A stretch of 64,000 bases of DNA from an uncultured Granulosicoccaceae bacterium (GTDB lineage: Bacteria > Pseudomonadota > Gammaproteobacteria > CALCKW01), in NCBI GenBank assembly GCA_937925815.1, contig CALAMQ010000025.1, forward strand, positions 80,186-144,185, in the 5' to 3' direction. Under the pieces are notes generated by a model. That model saw nothing but the letters and a program-made list of their open reading frames with translations, was not told the origin of the DNA and ran no database searches. Made by a program: the position numbers and the translations under genes. Numbering within the stretch: the first letter of the stretch is position 1; every line of letters begins with the position of its first letter. Below, one piece after another: positions 39,862 to 51,307 of this stretch.

Positions 39862-41262
39862 GTGATATACACGAGTACACGGGGCGAGGCTCCGGACTTA
39901 GGTTTTTGTGATGTGGTGCTGGCGGGCTTGGCACAGGACGGTGGTCTGTACTTGCCAACGTCATGGCCAACGGTCTCGACCGACGAAATGCGGCGCTGGC
40001 AATCGTTGAGCTACGCGGATCTCGCAACCGAAGTGCTGTTGCATTTTGTCGGTGACGAGATCGACCGCGACACGCTCAACCGCATGGCGCACGCCGCCTA
40101 TGCACAGTTTGAGCATCCAGCTGTCGCACCCTTGGTTCAGCTTGAAGACCGGCTCTGGCTCATGGAGCTTTTCCACGGACCAACGCTCGCGTTCAAAGAC
40201 TTCGCGCTGCTGATGCTCGGACAGCTGTTCGAACACGTGTTGTCCAAACGCCAAGAGCATCGTGTGATCGTTGGTGCCACCAGCGGTGACACCGGGTCTG
40301 CGGCAATTGAGGCCGTGCGCGGTCTTGAGCATGTGACCTTATTTATGTTGCACCCGCGTGGCCGCGTCAGTGACGTGCAACGCCGTCAGATGACAACCGT
40401 GCACGACGCGAATATTCACAATCTCAGCATCGACGGTGATTTTGACGACTGCCAAGCGCTGGTCAAAGCGATGTTCAACGACGCTGCGTTTCGCTCAGAA
40501 ATGGGATTGTCTGCGGTCAATTCAATCAATTGGGCGCGCATTGCCTCGCAAGTGGTCTACTACTTCCGCGCCGCACTGACGCTTGGCGGACCGGATAAAC
40601 CGGTGTCTTTTGCTGTGCCAAGCGGCAATTTTGGCAACGTCTTCGCCGGTTGGGTCGCGCGGCAGATGGGCTTGCCAATCGAGCAGTTTGTGGTGGGCTC
40701 AAACCACAACGACATACTCGCGCGCTTTCTCACCAGCGGTGACATGGTGGCTGAGGCGGTGCAACCAAGCCTCTCACCGAGCATGGACATCCAAGTCTCG
40801 AGCAATTTCGAGCGCCTGTTGTTTGAAGCTAATGGCCGTGACGCCGCGGCAGTGCGCGAGGCGATGTCAGGTTTTGCGGGCAACGGCGCCTTCTCGGTGT
40901 CCAGTGACACCTTTGCCAAGATTAGCGAGCATTTCAGCGGTGCGAGCTTGAGCGATGAGGCAACCCTCGCTGAGATGGCCTCGCTCTTTTCGCGCACTGG
41001 TTACCTGATTGACCCGCACTCGGCCATTGGGGTCGCAGCAGCACGCCAGTGCCGCCACAGTGGCGACACGCCAATGGTGGCCTTGGCCACAGCACACCCG
41101 GCCAAGTTTCCAGATGCGGCGCATCAAGCGACGGCTCAGTCTGCGACGTTGCCAGAACGCGTGCGCCACATCCTCACGGCCGAGGAGCGCGTAGAACCCG
41201 TGACGGCGCAGCTTGAAGCCGTGCAGGCGCACATCCGTCGCATGCGCGCCGGCCAGGCGTAA
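39862..41262 (+). CDS. thrC: Threonine synthase (long form)
   Basis: VIYTSTRGEAPDLGFCDVVLAGLAQDGGLYLP...FHGPTLAFKD (PLP Lys). The GTG start at 39862 is chosen. Confidence 0.88.
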   Translation: MIYTSTRGEAPDLGFCDVVLAGLAQDGGLYLPTSWPTVSTDEMRRWQSLSYADLATEVLLHFVGDEIDRDTLNRMAHAAYAQFEHPAVAPLVQLEDRLWLMELFHGPTLAFKDFALLMLGQLFEHVLSKRQEHRVIVGATSGDTGSAAIEAVRGLEHVTLFMLHPRGRVSDVQRRQMTTVHDANIHNLSIDGDFDDCQALVKAMFNDAAFRSEMGLSAVNSINWARIASQVVYYFRAALTLGGPDKPVSFAVPSGNFGNVFAGWVARQMGLPIEQFVVGSNHNDILARFLTSGDMVAEAVQPSLSPSMDIQVSSNFERLLFEANGRDAAAVREAMSGFAGNGAFSVSSDTFAKISEHFSGASLSDEATLAEMASLFSRTGYLIDPHSAIGVAAARQCRHSGDTPMVALATAHPAKFPDAAHQATAQSATLPERVRHILTAEERVEPVTAQLEAVQAHIRRMRAGQA

Positions 41263-41478
41263 ATTGGTCATTTCGCTCGTGGTCAAACGGATCACGTGAG
41301 CGGTGCATCACAAATGGCTCCGGGAGTCAGCAGCCTCTTTAGTGAGTCTGCTGATGCGGTCTTGTGGCGTGGTAAAATGTGCGCTTCAGTCTGCTGGCGT
41401 GGTGACGCGGGCATGCAGGCCTAACCCCCCTCGCGGTGGCACGGTGTTCACTGCAAGCTGATATTGGAGATGTAGCCC

Positions 41479-44166
<2,688 letters not shown>

Positions 44167-44320
44167 AACAGGTCGTAAGTTGTCAGCGTCGATTCAGTCG
44201 GGAATCAAATCGGTGGCCAAAGTGATTTCGTGCTGGCGGCGCACAGTGGCTTGAATCAGATTTGTCATGTTGAAGGGATGCGCTGTGGTCACAGTGCAGG
44301 AATCATTGAAGGAGTGGTTG

Positions 44321-44785
44321 GTGACAGGACGTAGGGTGGGATTGGCGATGGGATTGGCGATGGGATTGGCAACGGTTTTTGCATTTGCCGGGTTGTCGGT
44401 GGCGCAGGCAGATTGGCGCGCGTACACAGATGACAATGGCGCGCCGACGATAAGCACGCTCGACATTGAGGGCTCTGTTGCGCTGTCTGTCAATTGTGCG
44501 CAAGCGGTGACACTGGTGACGCAATCGCCGTTTGCACCGGGGGACGTCGGTCTCAATGGCCGCTATGATAACGGGCTTGCATTTGTGGTGGAGGCGCGTG
44601 TACCGACGGCTGCGACGAATGCGGTTGAACTGGTGCGACCTGATCAACAAGCTGCCCTGGTGCGTGGTTTGACCAATCGCCATCAACTCGTGTTGGTCGA
44701 TCCAAGTGGTACTTCACACACCTTTGATCTTGCGGGTTTTGGTGCTCTCTGGCGCGAGGCCTGTCAGCTTGGCGCCACAGAATAG
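44321..44785 (+). CDS. Hypothetical secreted protein with an in-frame 12-bp triple repeat (GLAMGLAMGLAT) in its signal peptide
   Basis: Strong SD sequence GAAGGAG 6 nt before the GTG at 44321. Signal peptide ends ...LSVAQA/DW. No recognisable family. Confidence 0.5.
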   Translation: MTGRRVGLAMGLAMGLATVFAFAGLSVAQADWRAYTDDNGAPTISTLDIEGSVALSVNCAQAVTLVTQSPFAPGDVGLNGRYDNGLAFVVEARVPTAATNAVELVRPDQQAALVRGLTNRHQLVLVDPSGTSHTFDLAGFGALWREACQLGATE

Positions 44786-44814
44786 TGGCGTACGGCTGGG
44801 GCGAAATACAGCCT

Positions 44815-45783
44815 TCAGTTCTTAACTGGTATGTACAGCTCTGTTAGCAATGTCTCGCGCGGCGTGTTCGCCGGGTCGTCTACATACACTTCAATTCCCA
44901 CACAGCGTTTGTCGGCTTTGCGTTTGTGGTGCCGATTCCATCCGATGGCGGTCGCCCAAACATTGCCGAGGTGGTCGTAACCGCCGGTGTGATCAAAGCG
45001 CACGCAGCTAAACGCCGCGCGGGTGCCGAGCGCGTAGCCCGCCGGTGGATCAGCTGTGAGTCCTGTGACGGGAACACCGAGCACAATACGGTGTTGGTCG
45101 GCTTTGAAATCGCTGCGCAGGTACTGGGCAAACGGCGGTCCGTCTGGCGTGATGGATTGATCTGCCAAGTACTGGGCCATGGCCTCGTAGTGCGTTGGCA
45201 TCACGGCTGGTAACTCACTGAGTGACGCTGTGATTTCGGTGCCGATGTAGGTGGCTGACGGCAGGTTGTGCTCACCTTGGCTGGTAATGTTGCTTGCTAC
45301 GGCCCCTGTCTCGGCCAGCTCTTTGAGCATACGCAGACCGCGCTCGTAGTCCATGCCCACAAAGCGTTTGATATTGGCAATCATAAAGAACAAGAAAAAT
45401 GGCATGCTTGATTGCATGTGCCACGTGACTTGGCACCGTGATTCGGTGAGCGCTTCTATGTCGAAGCGCACCTTCGCTTGGCTCTTGAACGGTTTTAGAA
45501 ATTGTAAGTCGCACGACACGGCGCTATGGGTTGACTCACGCAAGGTGATTTCGCCTGAGCCAATGCGCTCGCCTGCCCAGCTGTAGCCACTGTCTTTTGT
45601 GCCAGTGTCGCCAAAATAGGTGATGTGGCATTCAGGTTCTTGAATGGTCCAGGGGCTCCAGTCTGGCCAACGCGTGAAATCGACGATAAGCCCGTGAACC
45701 GTCGCCGTTGGTGCGTCGATTTCGATGGAGCGGTGAAAGGCGTAGTCAGGCATGGCAGACTCCTGCGTTACAGCGGTCGGCAC
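44815..45783 (-). CDS. SRPBCC (Bet v1-like) domain fused to a GyrI-like small-molecule-binding domain
   Basis: N-terminal START/AHSA1-like pattern (FTRWPDWSPW). The C-terminus ...GIEVYVDDPANTPRETLLTELYIPV is typical of the GyrI-like/AraC-effector domain. Confidence 0.6.
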   Translation of the reverse strand: MPTAVTQESAMPDYAFHRSIEIDAPTATVHGLIVDFTRWPDWSPWTIQEPECHITYFGDTGTKDSGYSWAGERIGSGEITLRESTHSAVSCDLQFLKPFKSQAKVRFDIEALTESRCQVTWHMQSSMPFFLFFMIANIKRFVGMDYERGLRMLKELAETGAVASNITSQGEHNLPSATYIGTEITASLSELPAVMPTHYEAMAQYLADQSITPDGPPFAQYLRSDFKADQHRIVLGVPVTGLTADPPAGYALGTRAAFSCVRFDHTGGYDHLGNVWATAIGWNRHHKRKADKRCVGIEVYVDDPANTPRETLLTELYIPVKN

Positions 45784-45892
45784 AGCGAGAGTTTTGTGGT
45801 GCCGCGCCGCTGCCGGCGCGCACCTTCACAACCCGCTCAGGTCGTGCCAGTTAATGCGGTCTGGTCAAAATATATCATCGACAGTTGCAATC

Positions 45893-46792
45893 TCAACGCC
45901 CGCGCTGGCGCGGGTCGAGCGCGTCTCGCAAGCCGTCACCGAGGTAGTTCACCGACAGCACCGTCAGCGAAATGGCAAGGCCGGGCCAGATCACGCGCTC
46001 AGGTGAGAGCGTGATGAAGGCGGTGGCGTCGTTGAGCAACCGGCCCCAGGTTGGGAAGTCTGACGGGAAACCCAGCCCCAAAAAGCTCAACGCGGACTCG
46101 GTGATGATGGCGTTGGCAATGCCGAGCGTTGCCGAGACCATGATCGGGCTCAAAATGTTGGGCAGCACGTGGCGCGTGATGATGCGCGATGACCCGGTTC
46201 CCACGCTCTTCGCCGCCTGGACAAATTCACGCTCTTTGATTGCGAGCACGTCGCCGCGCACGATACGCGCGGTCTGCATCCAACTGGTGATGCCTATAAC
46301 AAACACAATCAAGAGGAAGATACCGGTCTCTGGGCCAAAAGCCGCTCGCAGCGTGTCGCGATAGAGCATGGTGATCACGAGAAGGAGCGGCAGCAGCGGC
46401 AGCGCGAGGAAGAGATCCGTGCTGCGCATAAGTAAGCCGTCCAACCACTTGAAATAGCCTGCGAGCACGCCGATCAATGCGCCGAGCACGAGCGAGAGCA
46501 ACATGGCGGTAAAGCCAACCGCGAGCGACACCCGGCCGCCTGCGAGCACCTGCGCGAAAGTGTCGCGCCCGAGTTGGTCTGTGCCCATCGGGTGGGCGAA
46601 TGAGATACCTTGGTTTTTTTCGCGGATATTGAGTCGTTGCGGGTCGACGTCCCAGAACATGGGGCCGAGCAACACCAACAATATAATTGAGATAAAAATA
46701 GTGCCGCCGATCAAGGCTCCCTTGTGGGATTTGAATTTGACCCAGACTTCGCCCCACGGCGATTCGGGGTTTACAAGGCCGGTATCACTCAT
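45893..46792 (-). CDS. Peptide/nickel ABC transporter permease (DppC/OppC family)
   Basis: EAA-loop region AAKSVGTGSSRIITRHVLPN and six TM helices. Its start overlaps the upstream permease gene by 8 bp. Confidence 0.85.
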   Translation of the reverse strand: MSDTGLVNPESPWGEVWVKFKSHKGALIGGTIFISIILLVLLGPMFWDVDPQRLNIREKNQGISFAHPMGTDQLGRDTFAQVLAGGRVSLAVGFTAMLLSLVLGALIGVLAGYFKWLDGLLMRSTDLFLALPLLPLLLVITMLYRDTLRAAFGPETGIFLLIVFVIGITSWMQTARIVRGDVLAIKEREFVQAAKSVGTGSSRIITRHVLPNILSPIMVSATLGIANAIITESALSFLGLGFPSDFPTWGRLLNDATAFITLSPERVIWPGLAISLTVLSVNYLGDGLRDALDPRQRGR

Positions 46793-47798
46793 AGCGAATC
46801 CTCGGGTCGAGAACGCCGTAGAGCACATCGGCAATCAGATTGAACAGCACGATCAAAATCGCAAAGATAAACGTGAGTGTTTGAACCAGCGGGATATCGG
46901 CGCCCTGGATGCCGATAATCAACAATTGCCCGAGGCCATTTACGCGAAATATTTGCTCGGTGATGATGGCGCCGCCAAAGACAGTTGGAATGCCGAGCGC
47001 AAGCACTGTGACCACTGGGGACAATGAGTTGCGAAGGACGTGAAGCAACACCACCGATTTTTCGCGAATGCCTTTGGCGCGCGCGGTGCGCACATAGTCC
47101 TGGTTGAGGTTGTCGAGCATGGACGCGCGCATGAAGCGGCTCAATTGCGCGGCATTGAACAAGCCCAATACCATCACTGGCATGATCATTTGCTTGAATT
47201 GAAGCCAGAAAGAATCGAGATCGACGACTTCGAGTGTGGTGTCGTAAATCGACGGCAGCCACTCGAGTTTCACCGAGAACACCACGATCATCAACACACC
47301 GGTGAAAAAGGTGGGGACCGAAAAGCCAACCATGGAGATGAAAGAGCCGACTTGGTCAAACCAGGAGTATTGGCGGTAGGCTGAGATAACACCGATGGGC
47401 AGCGCGATCAGAATACCGACCACGTAAGACATGCCGACAACCCACAGCGTTTGCGGCATGCGCTCGGCGATCAGATCGAATGCCGGGCTGCGTGTGGCCC
47501 AAGACTGCACGCGCACACGGCTTTCGCTGTCACCGATGGAAATATTGAACCACTGCTCGAGCACATGGAGCGGTTCACTGACAAAAAACTGTTCCAACCA
47601 CTTGATGTAGCGGATGTGTATTGCTTGGTCCAGCCCGAGACTGATGCGGATTTTCTCGCGCACCTCCGGCGGGATTGTCATCGGCAAATTGCCGGTCGGG
47701 TCATTGGGCGCGAGGTCGAGCAGCAAAAAAATCAGGAAGCTGATGACCAGCAGGGTGGGCACGGCAAAGAATAGTCGCCGTAGGGTGTAGTTCAACAT
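46785..47798 (-). CDS. Peptide/nickel ABC transporter permease (DppB/OppB family)
   Basis: MLNYTLRRLFFAVPTLLVISFLIF... and EAA motif ARAKGIREKSVVLLHVLRN. Confidence 0.85.
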   Translation of the reverse strand: MLNYTLRRLFFAVPTLLVISFLIFLLLDLAPNDPTGNLPMTIPPEVREKIRISLGLDQAIHIRYIKWLEQFFVSEPLHVLEQWFNISIGDSESRVRVQSWATRSPAFDLIAERMPQTLWVVGMSYVVGILIALPIGVISAYRQYSWFDQVGSFISMVGFSVPTFFTGVLMIVVFSVKLEWLPSIYDTTLEVVDLDSFWLQFKQMIMPVMVLGLFNAAQLSRFMRASMLDNLNQDYVRTARAKGIREKSVVLLHVLRNSLSPVVTVLALGIPTVFGGAIITEQIFRVNGLGQLLIIGIQGADIPLVQTLTFIFAILIVLFNLIADVLYGVLDPRIRYE

Positions 47799-47825
47799 GG
47801 CAGTGGCGCGTTGGGGTGTAAGACT

Positions 47826-47855
47826 CCGGGCTGCCTCTTGTGCGAGGCAGCCCGG
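47826..47855. promoter_or_regulatory. Strong intercistronic stem-loop (12-bp perfect stem CCGGGCTGCCTC / GAGGCAGCCCGG, 6-nt loop) between the SBP and permease genes
   Basis: Seen directly. No U-tract follows on the coding (minus) strand, so it looks like an mRNA-stability/processing element rather than a terminator. Confidence 0.55.
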
Positions 47856-47868
47856 GCTCGGACCGGTG

Positions 47869-49566
47869 TTACTTCACGCGGTGCCAATCAGCGGCGTTCC
47901 AGAGCTCGCTGTCCCAGGTATTGAGCTTGATGCCACCCAGGGTGTTGATGTGTGCTGACACCCGGCCGCGGTGGACCAGTGGGATCATTGCACCCTCTTG
48001 CATGAGCATGTCGTTCATCTGCTTGGCGATCACTGCTCGATCTTCGATGGCCGCTGTTTTGGACAGTTGCACCGAGAGGTCATCGTAAGCAGGGTTGCAG
48101 TAACGCGGCATGTTGTTGCCGAGCCAGTTGTTAGCCGGTGACGGAATCTCGTCGCACGTCCAGTTGTTCATGTAGGCCTCGGGGTCGGTGCCATTGAACA
48201 AGTTGGTGTACATCTCGATATCGGCATAGAACTTCTGGAAGGTGTCTGGGCTCGACTGATCACCGCCGAAGAACACGGCCGCGTCGATGTTGCGCAATTC
48301 GGTTTCAACGCCGATATCGCCCCACCACTGCTTGACCAGTGCCTGGGTGTCCTGGCGGACCGCGTTAGTGGACGTCTGGTAGAGGATCGACAAACGCACG
48401 CCGTCTTTCTCGCGCACACCGTCTGAGCCCGGCATCCAGCCAGCTTCGTCGAGCAGCTGGTTGGCGAGATCTACGTTCTGCACCAAGCACTCGTCGTTCG
48501 CGGTTGAGGCGTAAATCGCAGGCGCAGGCAAGACGTTACAGGTGGGTTTGCCGGCGTCTCCGTATCCAACTTCTGACAGCGTTACACGGTCAATTGCAAG
48601 ACTCAGCGCGCGACGCACGTTGGCGTCGGTCAGGAAGGGGTGTGGGCCACCTTCGACAGTTGAGCGTGCTTCACCGAGATCAGCGGCGGGGTTGGTGAGG
48701 TTCACCATCATGCGCTCGACGCCGGTGCCGAAGGCCGAGACCACTGTGCCTTTGCCCGCTTCTGCCATGCTGCTGAGGATGGATGGGTCGATCTGGAGGT
48801 TCCAGGCGTAGTCGAATTCACCGGTTTCGAGCACCGCGCGCGCAGCTGAGGCAGCGTCACCGCCGCCCTTGAATGTCAGGCTGGCGAAAGCCGGTTTGTT
48901 GGGGTCGCGGTAGTTCGGGTTGGCTTCCATCGAGATCACGTCGTTGGCGCGAAATTCGGTGACTCGGAAGGGACCGGTGCCGTGCGGGCCAAAGTTGGCT
49001 TCGGTACAGGTCGGTGCGTTCGGGCCCATGCAGTCGAGGAACTGCGCTTTTTGGATAATCGGGCTCTCGCCGCCGGTGAACGGGCCGTAGGGGAAAGGCT
49101 TTGGCACTGTAAAGGTGATTTTCACCGTATGTGGGTCGAGTGCTTCGATGGTGTCGACGTCGGCAAATTTAGTTTCCTGCTGGCAGCCACCGTTGGGGTC
49201 CATGCAGTACTCGGCGGTGAAGACCACGTCATCGGCCGTGAAATCAGTGCCGTCGGACCACTTGATGCCCTGCTTGAGCGTCCAAGTGATGCTGGTCAGG
49301 TCTTCAGCGACGCCGCCGTTGGCGACCGTTGGAATCTCTTCTGCAAGCCAGGCCACGAGGTTGCCGTTTTCGTCGTAACGGCCAAGTGGCTCAATGATCA
49401 GTGATGAGCTCTCGATATCTTTGGTCCCGCCGGAGAGGTAGGGGTTCAAGATAGAGGCGGCTTGCCAGTAGAGGATGTTGACGTGGCCGTCGTCGCCTCG
49501 GGCCGCCCAAGCGCCGTTGGCGAGCAGTGCTGCTGCGGCGGCGGTGAGAATGAACTGTTTACGCAT
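47869..49566 (-). CDS. ABC transporter substrate-binding protein, family 5 (peptide/nickel/opine type)
   Basis: Signal peptide MRKQFILTAAAAALLANGAWA. Length 565 aa, SBP_bac_5 architecture. Confidence 0.85.
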   Translation of the reverse strand: MRKQFILTAAAAALLANGAWAARGDDGHVNILYWQAASILNPYLSGGTKDIESSSLIIEPLGRYDENGNLVAWLAEEIPTVANGGVAEDLTSITWTLKQGIKWSDGTDFTADDVVFTAEYCMDPNGGCQQETKFADVDTIEALDPHTVKITFTVPKPFPYGPFTGGESPIIQKAQFLDCMGPNAPTCTEANFGPHGTGPFRVTEFRANDVISMEANPNYRDPNKPAFASLTFKGGGDAASAARAVLETGEFDYAWNLQIDPSILSSMAEAGKGTVVSAFGTGVERMMVNLTNPAADLGEARSTVEGGPHPFLTDANVRRALSLAIDRVTLSEVGYGDAGKPTCNVLPAPAIYASTANDECLVQNVDLANQLLDEAGWMPGSDGVREKDGVRLSILYQTSTNAVRQDTQALVKQWWGDIGVETELRNIDAAVFFGGDQSSPDTFQKFYADIEMYTNLFNGTDPEAYMNNWTCDEIPSPANNWLGNNMPRYCNPAYDDLSVQLSKTAAIEDRAVIAKQMNDMLMQEGAMIPLVHRGRVSAHINTLGGIKLNTWDSELWNAADWHRVK

Positions 49567-49811
49567 TGGATGCTCCTTATCGATGGTGTCTCAATGCCAA
49601 GCTGCCGCGCTGTACCGCGCTACAGAGCTGGCGTGAATCCTCGGTCCCGCTTGATTGAAGTACGTCTGATGTGGTGTTCTGCACCAGCGGGTGAACCGGC
49701 ACTACACACCAATTCCCGTATCGCTGCAAGATTGTTCGCGCCCAAGCAGCATCACTAACGGCCTCTCGCGTGCCGCTTGAATGCGCGAGGGTTCAGTCAA
49801 TCGGAGAGACC

Positions 49812-50984
49812 ATGCCCATCCTCAATCGTATCGCTGACCGCCACGAGGCCATCACCGCTTGGCGGCGAGATTACCACCAGCACCCGGAGTTGCTGTTTGA
49901 CGTGCACCGCACTGCAGCGTCGGTTGCAGAGAAGTTGCGAGCCTTTGGCTGTGACGAGGTGGTTGAGGGCATTGGGCGCACGGGGGTTGTTGGTGTGATC
50001 AAGGGCTCTGAGTCTGGCGATGGCGTGATCGGTTTGCGCGCTGACATGGATGCGTTGCCGCTGCCTGAAATCACGGGCCTTCCCTATGCCTCTGAGGTGC
50101 CAGGTTCGATGCATGCCTGCGGCCATGACGGTCACACGGCGATGCTGCTTGGTGCGGCGGAGTACCTGTGCGAGACGCGGCAATTTGCCGGCACAGCAGT
50201 CGTCATTTTTCAGCCGGCAGAAGAGGGCGGTGGCGGTGGGCGGGAGATGTGCAAGGACGGGTTGATGGGGCGATTTGGTATTGATCAGGTCTACGGATTA
50301 CACAATTTGCCGGGCTTGCCGGTTGGGCACTTCTCCACTCGAGGCGGACCGATCATGGCAGCGACAGACACGTTTGAGATAGCGGTGTCTGGACGGGGTG
50401 GGCACGCGGCCATGCCGCACAGCGCGGTTGACACCATTGTGGTGGTCGCTCACCTGATCACAGCGCTGCAAACTGTGGTGTCCCGTGCTGTGGACCCGGT
50501 TAAAGGCGCTGTGGTGTCGGTGACAAAAGTTGACACCGACGGGGACGCGTTTAACGTGTTGCCTGAAACTGCCCGACTCAAAGGCACGGTCAGAACGCTG
50601 GACACGGATATGCGAAGCGTGTGCGAAGAGCGAATAGGCGATCTTGTAAGCACACTGCCAAAGGCGTTTGGGGCGAGTGCCGCGCTCGACTACCGACGCG
50701 GTTACCCGGTGACCGTCAACAGCGAGCGCGAGACCGCGTTTGCGGTGTCGGTGGCACGGCAGGTGTCTGGCGCAACACAGGTCGATGCAGCGCAGGCGCC
50801 GGTGATGGGCGCGGAGGATTTCTCCTACATGCTCCAAGAGCGACCAGGCGCCTTTATGTTCATCGGCAACGGCGACACAGCAGGGTTGCACAATCCCGCC
50901 TACGACTTCAACGACGAGGTGATTCCGGTGGGCTGTTCGTACTGGGTGTCGCTGGTTGAGACCGCGCTCCCGCGTTCAGTTTAA
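49812..50984 (+). CDS. M20-family amidohydrolase (hippurate hydrolase / N-acyl-L-amino-acid amidohydrolase type)
   Basis: MHACGHDGH metal-binding motif and a dimerisation domain. SD sequence GGAGAG before the ATG at 49812. It is divergent from the ABC transporter operon. Confidence 0.85.
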   Translation: MPILNRIADRHEAITAWRRDYHQHPELLFDVHRTAASVAEKLRAFGCDEVVEGIGRTGVVGVIKGSESGDGVIGLRADMDALPLPEITGLPYASEVPGSMHACGHDGHTAMLLGAAEYLCETRQFAGTAVVIFQPAEEGGGGGREMCKDGLMGRFGIDQVYGLHNLPGLPVGHFSTRGGPIMAATDTFEIAVSGRGGHAAMPHSAVDTIVVVAHLITALQTVVSRAVDPVKGAVVSVTKVDTDGDAFNVLPETARLKGTVRTLDTDMRSVCEERIGDLVSTLPKAFGASAALDYRRGYPVTVNSERETAFAVSVARQVSGATQVDAAQAPVMGAEDFSYMLQERPGAFMFIGNGDTAGLHNPAYDFNDEVIPVGCSYWVSLVETALPRSV

Positions 50985-51307
50985 ATTAACAGACGTATAC
51001 GTACTAAAAACCAAAAAATTCGTGTGCGGCCATGATTGGTGGCGCTTGCTCGATGGCGAAATCGCAAGTTCAGCGTACTTGGCCCGTTTGATGATTGTTG
51101 TTTGCGTGAATGCCGACGCCGACTGGTAAAGAAAGTGTCGGTGTGGCCGTTCTCTGTCGTAGGAGACGGCCACTGTGTTCGGTGATATCCCAACAGATCG
51201 AGCGTTAACTCGGTCCTAATCGCATTGCCATTGCGACGTTTTTTAGGTTTTGGGTCTATGCGCAAACAGCGTTTTCGAGAAGAGCGACCAGCGGAGCGTC
51301 TGAGCTG

